Below are positions 25,952 to 38,594 of a stretch of DNA of 64,000 nucleotides, piece after piece. The position numbers and the translations under genes are program-made. Positions within the stretch are counted from its first letter, which is position 1. Every line of letters begins with the position of its first letter. The DNA is from Malacoraja senta (Eukaryota), in the NCBI GenBank assembly GCA_038087875.1, contig CM075989.1:11346001-11410000 (forward strand). Reading direction: 5' to 3'. The notes under the pieces are model-generated. The model was not told where the DNA came from, did no database searches, and saw nothing but the letters and a program-made list of their open reading frames with translations.

Positions 25952-26954
25952 CTGGGAATAAGAGAAACGCAATAAACGCAATAAGAGTGGATCACACACA
26001 GTCTGTTCAACCAGTAAAGGGGAAAGGCATCTACAAGCAACACTCAATCCTTGTCTTCTCAAAAAGAGAGAAAAAAACGGATTGGCAGGAAAATGACAAG
26101 CTATAAAAGATCACAGTGATGAAACTAATTTGTCTGATCCATAATTCTCCCAACCCAGCAGTTCACTGACACCTTCAGCTCAGAAGAAAGCCATTCACCC
26201 CACTGTGTCAATGGCAGCTCTCTGAAACAGCATTCCAGTTGGTCTCACCTCCCTACCCTTACCTCACAGCCCTGTAAATATTTTAACCATTTTTACATTC
26301 TTGTACTTCCTTATAATGTAAGAGGCCATTTAGACCTTCATGTCAATGGTGACCCTCATAGCAATTCCCTTTCCCTACATTTTTCCCTAAAACCTATTTT
26401 TGTCAAGTTTCTCCAGGGGAACTTCCCTCCTTGATAATTCTTCCTTGCATATGAATTATTTTTCACTATCCTTGCTCTAATATCTGACTTTATTTTAATG
26501 CAACACTCAGAATTATCTTATCTTTAAGCATTTTATATAATTAAACTAGCTTGGGCTATCTGAGGTTTCTCACAGCTTGTTCTCCCTGTTCCCCAACATA
26601 GAATATAAAACAGTGAATGTGCTTCCGTCACTTTCCCTGGATGTGGATTCCAGGCCTTCACCCAATCCTCCTGCAGACTATCTGATACCAGATCGGTCTT
26701 GGATGCAGTTTGTTGACGCACGTTTTCCACCAGTCTCCCATGTGAACTGAGGTGGTGAAGGCAGAGACTCTCACAACATTTAAGAACCATCTGGACAAGC
26801 ACTGGAATTGCCATGGCATATGGGGCTACACACCAAGTGCTGGAGAATGGGATTAGAGTAGTTGGGTACTTGATGGTCAGTATGGATATGATGGTCCAAA
26901 GTGCCTATTTCTGTGCTGTGACTCTTAAAGACAATGAACAGTTGCAATACTCAC

Positions 26955-27070
26955 CTCTCAAAGTCAGAAGTTCCAATTGTTTTATCCCCTTTTAGGATGG
27001 TGTGGCTGAGAAACCTTTCCTGGACTGTCGTCAATTTATTGGCCAACAGCATATCCAATGCAGTGAGAAT
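26955..27070 (-). CDS. STRC: Stereocilin exon 9, ILTALDMLLANKL...SDFER
   Basis: 116 nt, phase 0-2, CCAG| and |GTGAGT boundaries, open frame. Confidence 0.85.
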
Positions 27071-28213
27071 CTGGTAAATGACAGAAAAGTTTCTGCCTCA
27101 TTGTGTAAATGTATTTCAGAGATTTCCATCCATTACAAATGAAATTCAAAAGTTAGTTGACTTATAGACACCGGAAGTACAATAGTAAGTGACTGACAAA
27201 AACAGCACAATAAATACTTTTTTTGTGTGTGAAGAAAAGGTGAGGATCCTGAGGATGGCAGCATTTGCGAGGTACGGTGTGGGGGAACATTTACACAAAG
27301 GGCGTTCATGGAGGAGGATTTGCACAGGGATTTGCATTGGAGAGAATTTGTATAAAGTCTATCTTAATCTTTCTCCCGATATTCATTTTTTCTGTTATCT
27401 TGTTTCTCTTAATACAATGTTAAGAGTGGAAAGAATCAAACAAAAGGACCCCAATTCTGAAACTACTTAATTAGTGACATTAGAGTATGTATATCCTGGG
27501 TCCATTGCAGTACCCTGATGATACTTCATTCTCGACTATACTGGTTAATTCCATTGATCGTAGAGATGTGATCAACTTCTTTCATAAAGTCTACAACAGA
27601 GCCAGCCAAGAGGGTGAGTAAACTGGAAAGTTGCCTGTCCAGGGAACCTGAGGTCTACTCTCCCTTGTTCTGTCTGACCATCATGCCTCATATATCATAC
27701 ATCATACTCTCCCACCATGTCTCTGGTTTCTCCCATCCCTGTTCAGATGCAAGTTTCTAAAATAAATCCAGTTAATGAACTGAATCAATTCTGACGGCTG
27801 TCTGAATGACTGGCTTCATGCTTCTTCCGACAGGGGGCCATTCATTCCCTGTTCAGATTTCTGTGTATGTGTCAGCCCTGCCTGAGCAATTTACATTCTC
27901 ATCTCTGGGCAGACAATGCTGCAGCCCACAGGGAATGTTTCCTTAGCACCGTTCAGACGATCTGCCACAATGGCCCAGTGCTTTTTTTTGGATGAGACAT
28001 CCAACTTGCTGTTGTTAAAAGACTTCATCCCACCATTTTAAAAAGCAGGGCGATATAACCTGGGTGTTCGGGCCAAACCACCAGTGAAGCGTGGTTTTTG
28101 TGGAATCTTCCTTCCTAGATTGCTCCCACGTTACGTGCATCAGAAATACTTCATGAACTGCAAAATGCTTTATGAGTCATCCCGAGTAATGCATGTTCCT
28201 TCTCTTACAGTAC

Positions 28214-28400
28214 CTGTGTACGGGACAGAAGCTGAAAGCTCTCAAACGGCAGGTATGCTAGCAGGTTACTGACATGGGTCAGGAACATCAGGGGCCAAGC
28301 CGACACACTGCTATAAGTCCCAGATGCCAGGATCCACTGGACGAAGGCTGCCTTCTGGTCATCAGACAGCTTCCCAGAAATCTGGTTGACCACAGCCATC
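28214..28400 (-). CDS. STRC: Stereocilin exon 8, MAVVNQISGKLSDDQKAAF...LPFESFQLLSRTQ
   Basis: 187 nt, phase 2-0. Resembles human EQKEALA...AWP...LPLENFLQLSPHQ. Confidence 0.92.
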
Positions 28401-29878
28401 CTGGAATAAAAAACATAACAGTGAATGAGAAGGGTGTTGTGCCCTGGATACCAGTCAATATCTCAGCATCATTGCAAAGCATTCGAGTGACCAAAGTAAA
28501 TACATCTGCCTTAAGGCCATAGCATCTAGAGATATACAGCACTGAAGGATGCTATGTAAACCCATCAAATCAGCTACTAGTTGCTAAGGAATATATAAAC
28601 TAATCTAATTCCAAACTCCCTACAACATATCAAGAGTTTTTAAAAAACATGATCAGGGTCTTTATCTCCATCATTGTTCGGGTAAGGTTCCATATCCCTC
28701 CATCTCTGAGTGAAAACATGTAAACCTTTGCTCCCTTCAACATCTCTACCAATTAGGTTAATCTATGCCTCAGTTACTTGTACAACTGGCCCTGAACCAG
28801 CTACCAATAATAAGAGATCACAATTAAGAAGCAAAGAAACCAAGAATTTGAAATAAAAACAGAAAAAAACTGGAGATACTGAGCCGTCCAGGCAGCATCT
28901 GTGGAGGGAGAAAAAGTGAACCTTTCAGGTTGAAGACCTTTCATCAGAACAGACCTGAAGCATTATTTATTTTTATCTTCTCAGATGCCTCCTGACTGAG
29001 AATTTCCATGAATTTCTTCTTTTTATATATAAAAATCACAATAATGCTTTGGTATTGGATGAAACCGGGTTTGAGTTGCAACATGTTCATGGAATATGAA
29101 GCATCTTCACCCCAAGTGCTGCTATAATATATCTTTTAAAATATTTACACCTTATCACATAAAAAACCCACAAAGTGGATCACCACAGACTAAGGAAAAA
29201 TTATGATTCAGAAGGAAACCTGTCTGATCTGTGTCAGTCTAATCCAGCCTTCCAGCATTATATCTGTAATCCTGCAGGTCATGACCAAGTAATATATCGA
29301 AGAACCATTTAAATGAACATTTCTGCCTCTCCCACTCTTTCCTGTCACAAGTTCTCAAGCGCGACAAGGCTGTGTGTGAAAATATTTGTCCTTATCTTTC
29401 TCTAATCCTTTCACCAATTACTTCACTCTGTGCTCCTGTGTTTTAGCCTATCTGCTAAGGGAAATTTACTTTTTCCCTGCTTTTACACATCAACGGTCAA
29501 TTCAAAGTTGTACGATAGTGACAACCCGAATGAAATAGGTAAAATTTTAAAATTCTTCAATGTCAATGTAAAAAAAGTGATCCAGAAAAGCAGTTCATAA
29601 TTAATCTTAATTGCCCTTTGACAGTCTTTTGCACTTGAAATAGACCCAAATTATCTTATGATTTGAATGAAATAACCAAGCCAAATGGGAACTCAATGGC
29701 TAAAAAATTAAATGAATCAGGTAATTTTAATTTGGAAAAGTTAGAATTTTGTTATAAAGCATTAAAGCACTCTGTATGTAACAGTTCCTACAAACAAATG
29801 TTGTGTGAAAAGGAGGGAAATAATCAAACAAAGGCATTAACTAAAGATCTTTAGCTGTTGAAGATACGTGTGACGCAC

Positions 29879-30033
29879 ACTTCCTCCTTGTCCAGGGTCA
29901 GTGGTAGAGCTCTGATTTCAGACGTTGACAAGTGAGGTAGAAAGTGAACAAATTCTTGGAACATATTTGGTTCAACGAGCAGTATTCTGTTGAAGAAGAC
30001 CAATGCCAGAATCCTCTTCAAATCTTCCGGAAT
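29879..30033 (-). CDS. STRC: Stereocilin exon 7, IPEDLKRIL...FLPHLSTSEIRALP...KEEV
   Basis: 155 nt, phase 0-2, donor GTGCGT. Resembles human LIPFLAVSDLMRFP. Confidence 0.85.
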
Positions 30034-31149
30034 CTGAAATTGGAAGACATATTGTAAAACTAGAAATCATTAACAAATCGTATTTACTCCAAAACAAATG
30101 TCTGTTTTTGGTTTACATTTAGTATTTAATAGTTTAATTATTCTTATCATTTTGATAGGCCTCTTTCACTGACTGTAACTCTCCTTACAAATAAAATGTT
30201 CTCATTTTTCTTTGTTGAATAATGTCAATTCCCAGCTTATTCTGCATGCCAGATGTAGCTAGTTCATGACAGAGTAAAGATGTTCATGATCAGTAAACTG
30301 CCAAGTCACTGATGTTCTCTAAGTAAGAGAAACAGCACCTTACAATCCCAAATGCCTATGAGTGTTTTGTTGAAGAATGAAATCTCAAAGGCTATGAAGG
30401 TGGCCAAGATCACATGCAGAAGGTGAGCCATCTGAATGTGCGTTATCTGTGGCTCACAGGAGAGGGGTGTGGGTCAAGTCCCACCTTAGAAACATGATCA
30501 CAAAAATAGAGTCTGACAATCCAGTGAGGGTTCTTGGAATGTCACACAGCTGGAGAAACGTTCTTTAAGATAACACATTGAGGTTCCATCTTGGGTGATT
30601 ATCAAAGACCCAGTGCCACTATTTCAAAGAACAGCAGTGAAAGTCTCTAAGATGTCCAATTTTAATTTCACTAGGAAGGTTCATCTAAAAACTAGAGCCA
30701 GGCCTTTCAGCAGTGGTTAGGCATTACTTCAGCACTGGCGGAAAGAGAACATATTTGTAAACAACAATTCATTTTGGATCACGTGCTAACTTTAGAAGTT
30801 AAATGAATAGATTTTTTGTTCACCAAAGATATCAAGGATTATCGAGAAAGGGTGATCTCAGGTCACGGATTAGCCTTGAGCTCGTTGGATATCTGAACAA
30901 CCTCTAACAGCTGCACAACATCCTTCTGGGTCCAAGATTCTACTTATCCCACAGCCAACTCCACTACAATTCATTAATTGCCATTTGTGGAGTTTGCTCT
31001 GTGCGAGTTAGCTGGTGTTGGGAAGGGCACAATGTAAATGCATTTGCTCTTGTTCTGTCTCCTCTGATAATAGTGGTGCATGATTATGATAAGGTACCTT
31101 TTTGCCTTGAAATACAGTTTGGCACCAAAGTGCATTAAATGGAATAGAT

Positions 31150-32110
31150 TAGTTTATTGTCATAGACATCAGGGTGCAATGAAATTCCTTGCTCACATGA
31201 AGCTCATAAAGTAAAGAGCATACATACAGCAATGATCAATACTACAATAAATACAATGACGAGTACAAAACAGCAGAATGGCGCAAGATTGAAGTGCAAA
31301 ACAATGATGGTAGAATAATGGAAATAACCCAATGAGGTAGAGTTGTGGGTGTGTGGCAGCATCTTTGAGAAAGGTGTGTGAACAAGGTGATTGGCTCTGG
31401 AGTATGATATCAGTGGGGAAGAAGTTGTTCATAAGTCTGAATTTCCAGGCTTTCAAGCTCCTGTATTTTCTCCCAGAAAGTTGAAGAGGGAGTGGCCAGG
31501 GTGGCCACAATACTTCCAGCTTTCCCTGATGCGACGCCCCATGAAGACTGACAAGATGGATGGAAGTGAAAGACTGGGCTGTGTACAGCACTCACTGCAG
31601 GTTCAGGCAGTCAAGAGCAGAGCAGTTGCCATACCAGACTGCGATGCATCCCCCCCAAATACTTTCTATAGTTCATCTGTAGAAGTTCGGGAGAATACTC
31701 ATGGACCTATCCAAATCTTCTTAGATGTCCACAAGAAAGGAACTATACTGACGTGCCTTATTGATCACCACATCGGAGTGAAAGGACAAGGTTACGTTGC
31801 TAATGATATGGATGCCTAGCTGTCCACCATCTCTACAGCAGCTCCGTTAATGAGGATTAGGTGTGTTCACCTCGTTCACTTACTTGGGTCAATAACTAAC
31901 TCTCATCTTGCTGACATCAAGAATTAGATTATTGTTGTAGATCCAACCTTCAACAGTGGTATCATGGGTGAACTCAAAGACTATGTTAGCATTGTATTTG
32001 GCCACACAGTCATGGGTATGCAGGAAGTAGAGCAAGGGGTGAGAACACAACCTTGAGGTACACAAGTGTTGAAATTCAGGGTGGAGGAAATGTTATGACC
32101 AATTCTAACC
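31150..32110 (-). mobile_element. Rex1/Babar LINE fragment
   Basis: Relic RT-region and LSGRKYRSL motifs on the minus strand. Confidence 0.7.
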
Positions 32111-32464
32111 TACTGAGTATGGTATTCAAGTCAACCATGATTCTGTTCATTTGGATTATTGTAATTGGAGATTATTATCATTAAATCTCACCTATCTTTC
32201 ACTTTATTGCAGCCAAACCCTTTTCATAACCCCCCCCCCCTTTCCTTGCCTACAAACATGCTCATAACTTGTATCTTTAACTTTTCCTAATTTTAATGTA
32301 AAAGCATTAATCTGAAGCAACTCTATTTCTTTCTATACTGATGGTGTCTGGGCTGTTGAAAATGTCCAGCATTCTGTGTTTAGTGCAGAAGTTATGTTTC
32401 CATTTAATGGACTGCCAACCTATCTTCAAAGGATTCAAAAGGTTTCAGGTATTAAAGTGTTTAC

Positions 32465-32575
32465 CTGCAAACTCTTCCATCTTGTGTTTAGGAGGTACAG
32501 CAGCTGTTTCAGATTTTGAATGTCAATTGCAAACAGTGCCACTTGAAGATCGCTTGCAGAAAGCTTCATGTATTC
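32465..32575 (-). CDS. STRC: Stereocilin exon 6, EYMKLSASDLQ...RWKSLQ
   Basis: 111 nt, phase 0-0, AG/GT boundaries. Resembles human AYLHMPPENLQQL. Confidence 0.87.
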
Positions 32576-33973
32576 CTGTTTGGAAAAAGGTAAAGAAAGA
32601 CCTCTGAAAAAGCACAGGAGCAGATTTCATTCAACTGGTGAATGAAAAAGATGGCAGCTTTCTATCAGTTGTCTTTTGAAAAATGATCGATGTTGGCAAT
32701 GCCAGTATTTACCATCCACCGTGAACTTAAGAGTCATATAGTCATAGAGCATGGAAACAGGTCCTTCGGCCCAACTTGCCCATGCCGACCAAGATGCCCC
32801 ATCTACCTTAGTCCCACCTGCCCACGCTTGGTCCATATTCCTCCAACGTTCTTTAACAGTCGGTGTAATTAAGAGGCAAGAACCCTGGGGTCACACTTAT
32901 GACAGACGGGAAAGGATGGCTGATACCCTAAAGTGAAGTATGTTCGTGAAACCGATAATTTTATTGTGCCAATCCAATAGATTCATTTTACCATTACTTA
33001 GACGGTGAGTTTAATTCCTCACTTAGTTATTTACTTACTCAATACAATGTGAACTCACTTCTCAGGATCAATGAATCCAGGTGATGCACTGTGCACTAAC
33101 CATTGTGAAGATCATTAGAGTGGAATCTAATATTTCTGTTTTTAGGTGAGTTCTATGGGCATGAACCACATAGCCCCCAGAGCTGTAAGAATATGAGCCA
33201 GTTTACATCATGTGGCACCTTTAATATAGGAAACAATCTCAAGGTTTCGCACAAGAACACAACCAAACTGGAAGTGAAAACAGATATCTGGGCTGATAAG
33301 CACCTCTATATGCCCACTTATACCGTTAACAACAGATCTTGTTCTTAGAATTTATCTATTGATGAGCTGATCCTTTCCAAATCTCCAGTACATTCCAGAA
33401 GATGCAAATAGAGACATGGAACATGAACTTTGCTGGATTGGAAAAGCTCAAAAGCCATGCTTTAGATGGTTAAGGGGGTTTGATAGAATCAAATTAGTTA
33501 CAATATCATGAATCTGGATAGAGAATCCAGATAAATGTCTATTTCCCACCATGGCAGCTGGGAGTCTAAATTTAGTAAATTAAATAATCTGGAATTAAAG
33601 AAAAGGATAATATCAGTAGTGGTGGTCATGAAAATCACTTCAACTAAAAGCCCACCTGGTTCATTGACGTTCTCCAAAGGGAAATGCCATTCTTTCCTGC
33701 TCTATCCTAACAGCCGAAATCTAGCTGACTCCCAATGGTCATGTCAGCAGACGTGATAACCATATGCTATGAACGAATAAATACCCTCCCACTACACATA
33801 TACCTGGCTGGTCCAGGCTGTAATTCAACGAAATATAGGTGGTGTTGGAAACCCACACACTGACCAACTGTGCACGCCAAAGGTCAAAGGCAGCAGCAGT
33901 CTGCCTGTCATACTGGATAGGGATTCAAAGCTACTGAGGTTCAGGTCGTGCTCAGACAACTATCCATGGGCTG

Positions 33974-34063
33974 CAGACACAAAATGCTGGAGTAACTCAG
34001 CGGGACAGACCGCATCTCTGGAGAGAAGGAATGGGTGCGTTTCAGGTCGAGCCCCTTCTTCAG
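33974..34063 (-). mobile_element. About 90-bp Penelope-terminus mini-element
   Basis: Flanked by ACTATCCATG(G/T)GCTG direct repeats. Same terminal consensus as the 15314 element. Confidence 0.72.
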
Positions 34064-34466
34064 ACTATCCATGTGCTGTGTTCACTGAAAAAAACACAAC
34101 AATTCACACTTGTAATTGAGTCTAAATAGCTTGTGTTTCTCTTCTGCACTTTAATAGGAATCCTAGTTGGCAACACTTCAATAAATGACAGCACTGTCTG
34201 ACATGGAATTGATTGTTGCACAGGTTGTACACCATTGAAACAGACCATTCAGCCCAACATTGTACATGCTAGTATTTATGGTCCAAAAGAGCCTTGTCCA
34301 ACCCTAACCATATCTCACGCCATCAACATATTATCCCATTCTTTTCTCTCACTCATGTTTATCTTTCCCTTACATTTTATTTATACCTCTAAATGGAGGG
34401 CTCCTTCTTTAGTGCATATATATGTATTTAACATTGTTAAACATCTGTTTAATGATGATACAATAC

Positions 34467-34526
34467 CTTTACCAGGCCCACACCTGAAGATCCTCCTTCC
34501 TTCTGCACCAAGTCCAATAGCACAGA
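34467..34526 (-). CDS. STRC: Stereocilin exon 5, SVLLDLVQKEGGSSGVGLVK
   Basis: 60 nt, phase 0-0, canonical splice sites. Resembles human PVLWDLLQREK. Confidence 0.85.
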
Positions 34527-35836
34527 CTGAGGAAATAAACAAAAAATAACCCAGTAAAACCAATGGCATGAGTGTAAATATCAGAATGCCTATACATGCA
34601 ACTCCAGTTAGGGGGTGAGGGATATAGCCTTGTGGAAGAACTCACAAAACAAAGAAGAGTTTACAGAGTTTACTTATAAATGTTTCTGTTGACCATGACT
34701 GAAACAATAGCGATGCCTCCCAATTAAAGCAGGCTCACTTTTTCATCAAAATACATGGTGAGAATAGCTGCAAAAAAAAATTAATGCCTGTCGCTTACAA
34801 TAGTGTGGTCTCCAGGTCACCCAATTACCTCCACTCTGGCCAACAAATGCAACCAGTAAATGTCAAGTTAGGAACTGAGGAGCACTGCTCTGCTCTTCTT
34901 TGAATAATACCACATGATCATTCACATTCAGGTGGTGCCTTGGTTTACCATTTAATGTACAAGGTAGCATCTCCAAAGTGTAGCAATACCTTAGATTGAG
35001 CAGGTAGAGTTAGCCTTGAAACTGCACCACATGAGAAATGGAAGCAGCAGCAAGCTATTCAGCCCTTCACCTGCTCCATTACACAGTAAGATCACGTCTG
35101 AACTTTTATCTCAGTGGCACTTTCCTGCATTATCTCCATAAAGATCTCGGTCAAATACTCAGCAATAGGGTCTCCAGAATCCTTCAGAAGATAACTCCAC
35201 AGATTTATTAATCCCTAATGGCCGACCCCTTATTTTAAGACTGTGACCCGGTTCCTGAGCTAGGGGAAACACCAACTCGCATGAACATTGTCAGGTCTGT
35301 TAAGAATGTTTCAGTGAGTTCATTTCTCATTCTTCTACAGTCCAGGGAACAGGCCCAGACTACAATCTCCCTTGATGGGACAAACTAACCATCCTAGGAA
35401 ATGATCTGGTGCACATTTACTGAACTCTATCCCAGGGATATCCTGTGATCCTCCAGCTATTGACCCAGCCACCCACTGGGAAAGCACAAATACCTCAAAC
35501 TAGAGTTTTAAAACTGACTAAAGTCCAGCAAAGGAATTACACAGGAGTGCATCAACAATTTTTACTTTAACTTGGTTACAGGGTCCTACACTAATGATGG
35601 ATGTAACCAGATCCAGAGTCGGTGAACTCAAGTTCTTGAGTAAAACACAAAATGCTAGAGGAATTCAGTGGGTCAGACAGCATCTGGCCATGGAATGGAC
35701 AGGACAGATGATGTTTTGGGTCTGAAGCCTTCTTCAGACTAGAGAAGTTCAAGTTCTTGGATTGAGCAAGACTGTGAGTAGTCAGTGAAAGCAATGCTGA
35801 GTTAACCGTGGTCATTAACAGGGCAGTATCCCTTAC

Positions 35837-38276
35837 CCCAAAACACTGGAGCACCTCTCTTTTGATCCTGTAGCTCTTTTGATGATGCAAATAGTCTATC
35901 ACAGTGTAAAGGACGTGATTCCTTGCATTCTGAAGCAGCTGAAGGGATGAGATTACATCATCCTCCAATGCCACAAGCCCTAAAACGACCTTGTTTATGG
36001 CCTCTGTGAGCCCAGTAGTTAGCTCCTCGGCAGATGTGCTGCCTAATGTGAGGCCGATGTGTTCCAAACCGCAGAGGACCAAGGCAGGAACATCTGCCAG
36101 CCGGAGCAGCTGGTGTGCGCAAGGCCCTGGCGTGCCCTGGCTGCAGGTCCACTCGAGTCTTGAGATGAGATCCTGCACGGGGCAGACTTCGGTCTCCTGA
36201 GGAGTGGTGGAGTTGCTGATCGACAAACAGTCTTGTTCAACCCAGGAGTTGTCCGGGTCGCTGGTCAGGGCGTGAAGCACTCCAGGGTCCCGGCAGACCA
36301 ATGTGTTGAAATTGTCCTGATCGTGGTCGAAGCAGAGGGCCACGGTTGTTGGGTCCACTCGATGCACTGTCCAGGAGCTATATCTACACATGATGTCTGT
36401 GTCTATCCCATCTACTTGGGTGTGGGCACAGTAGGCAGCGAGCCAGGTGCCCTCTCCACTGTTCAGGAGCTCCCACAATCGGGTAGAGTTGTCACACGCA
36501 ACTTGTACAAAATTGTCCACGTCATACTGACTGCAATACTCAACGGTGGCAGGGTCTATGGAGGCGGGTCCCGTCCACTCCTCATAGCGGCAGCTGGTGT
36601 TACCGGTTGCCTGGATGTTACACGGAGACTGCAACCACGCGTTCTCGGGATACTGCAGAAGCTTAATGATCAGCGCCTGGTCTTGACAGACAAGTCGGGA
36701 GAAATTCGCCTGGTCGTTCGACCAGCAGAAGTCCACGAGGTAAGGGTCGACCGGCTCCTCAGCCCACTGACTGTACTGGCAGACCGCCGCCGGCTCGGTC
36801 ACGTTCACCTCCCAAGAGGAAGGAGGGCCGCAGAAGTCAACGAGCCAGAGGTTGTACGGGTCGTTCAACAGCTGCTGGAGAACAGCTGGATTCTGACACA
36901 CCCAGATGTTGAACTGCTGGGCGTCGCTGTTGAAGCACAAGGCGACCACGGTGCTGTCCACGGCCGCCGGGCGCGCCCACGTCCCGTAGTGGCACAGATC
37001 GCCCACGGCTCCGATCAGGTCCCATGGACCGGCGGTGGGAGAGGCCGGCGAGCCCGGCTCCGGGAAGGCGGACACTGCTGGGACGTCGCAGACCTGGCGC
37101 AGCCAAGCGTTGTCCGGGTCGGCCAGCAGTTGCTCCAGGAGCGCGGCAGATGTGCAGACCATCAGGTCGAAGGTGGAGGGGTCAAAGTCCCCGCAGAGGA
37201 CCACCAGGCTGGGGGGGACAGGCGGCGCTCCCAGCCACTCCTCGTAGTGGCAGCGTTGCTGGGCTCCACAGGCGGGGGGCAGCCACTCGTTGTCCGCCTC
37301 CTGGCTCAGCTTGTGCAGGAGGCTGGCGCTGCCACACACCGAGATGTTGAAGTTGGCCGGGTCACTGGTGCGGCACAGGGCCACGATGGAAGGGTCGGGC
37401 AGCTCCTGCTCCCAGCGGCTGTACTGGCAGAAGGCGCTGTAGCTGTAGCCCAGGCCGCCACCGCTGCACAACCAAAGCCCCAGCGGCTTCAGAGCCGAGC
37501 CGGGCCCGCACACGGCGGCCGAGAAGCCGGCACCGTCCTCGCTGGCGCAGAAGGAGAGCAACTGGTGGTCGGCGGGGGGCGAGGATGCCCACTCCTGGTA
37601 GCGGCAGTGAGCGGCCACGCTGAAGGCCGGGGCTGTCCCCGGGCCGAGGACGTCTACAGTCGCGGGGATCGAGGCGAGAGGGTCGGGGGAGAGGGAGCAG
37701 AAGGCTTCCAGCCACGAGTGCGCCGGGTTCTTCATCAGGGCTCCCAGCAGCGATGCATTGCCGCAGATAGCCCTCCTAAAGGCGGCCTCGTCCACCACCG
37801 AGCAGTACCCGACGTCGGTGGAGTTGATGAAGTCGGCGCCGTAGTTGCAGGTCTGCGCTCCCAGCTGGCGGGTCTGGCGGGTAGAAGGGTGGCTCCTGGA
37901 TCCAAGTCCCCTGGACACGCAGTGCTGGAGGAAGAGGTCGGCTCCTTGGGTCACGGATGTGGACACCAGGGCCACGCTCCTGCAAACGCGCTCCATCAGG
38001 GGAGCCGCCCCTCTCGCTGCCAACCCCCGCACGACGCCGCAGACCCCGGGCAGCCAGGCCGGCAGCGACTGCCGCCGCAACGCTTCCCCGCAAACCGTCC
38101 TGTTCGTCCAAAGCCACAGGTCCTGGTCGCAGTTGATGGGGACGTCTGGAAGTTTGGAGATCAGCTGGAAAACGCGAGCAGTTGCCCGGGGCTGGGCTGC
38201 TGAGCCAGACTTGACGATCTCTGCGACATCCAGCGGAACAGCTTCGAAATTCCACGACAGGTTGTGAAGTCGGCCC
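35837..38276 (-). CDS. STRC: Stereocilin exon 4 (2440 nt), GRLHNLSW...REVLQCFG, containing the Cys-repeat array
   Basis: Lies within ORF 35591..38425. Start resembles human RHNLSW and end resembles ELLACFS. CGCAG| acceptor and GGG|GTAAGG donor. Confidence 0.93.
36227..37849 (-). repeat. Array of 8 four-Cys protein repeats within STRC exon 4
   Basis: Units start at 37849, 37606, 37429, 37252, 36994, 36781, 36592 and 36388. Approximate consensus CxYxxW-x(12-13)-C-x3-D-x3-F-x4-C...W[LV]-x3-C; units 1 and 2 are the most divergent. Confidence 0.92.
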
Positions 38277-38594
38277 CTGCGTGGACAAAAGGATGACCAT
38301 TTAATAAACCCTATCCCAGAATCATAGAAGAGTACAGCATAAGTACAGGCCCTTCGACCCTCAATGTATGTGCCAAACACACTGCCAAGTTCATCTCTGC
38401 CTGCACGTGATCCACATCTCACCAATGCCTACATAAGTTCACAAGAGACAGGAACAGAATTAGGCTATTCGGCTCGTACGCCATTCAATCATGGCTGATC
38501 TATCTTTCCCTCTCAACCCCATTCTCCTGCCTTCTCCCCATAACCCCTCACACCAATACACATCCACGTGCCTACCTAAACGCCTCTTAAAAGT

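Noticed and set aside
35591-35836. Read-through extension of the exon 4 ORF as a real C-terminus
   Set aside because: It lies past a consensus donor and runs through a Penelope-terminus relic. There is no supporting evidence without transcripts.
36233-38203. 656-aa plus-strand ORF as an independent antisense gene
   Set aside because: It is exactly codon-aligned antisense to STRC exon 4, starts at TTG and has no recognisable domain. Absence of TTA/CTA/TCA codons in a GC3-rich exon explains it.
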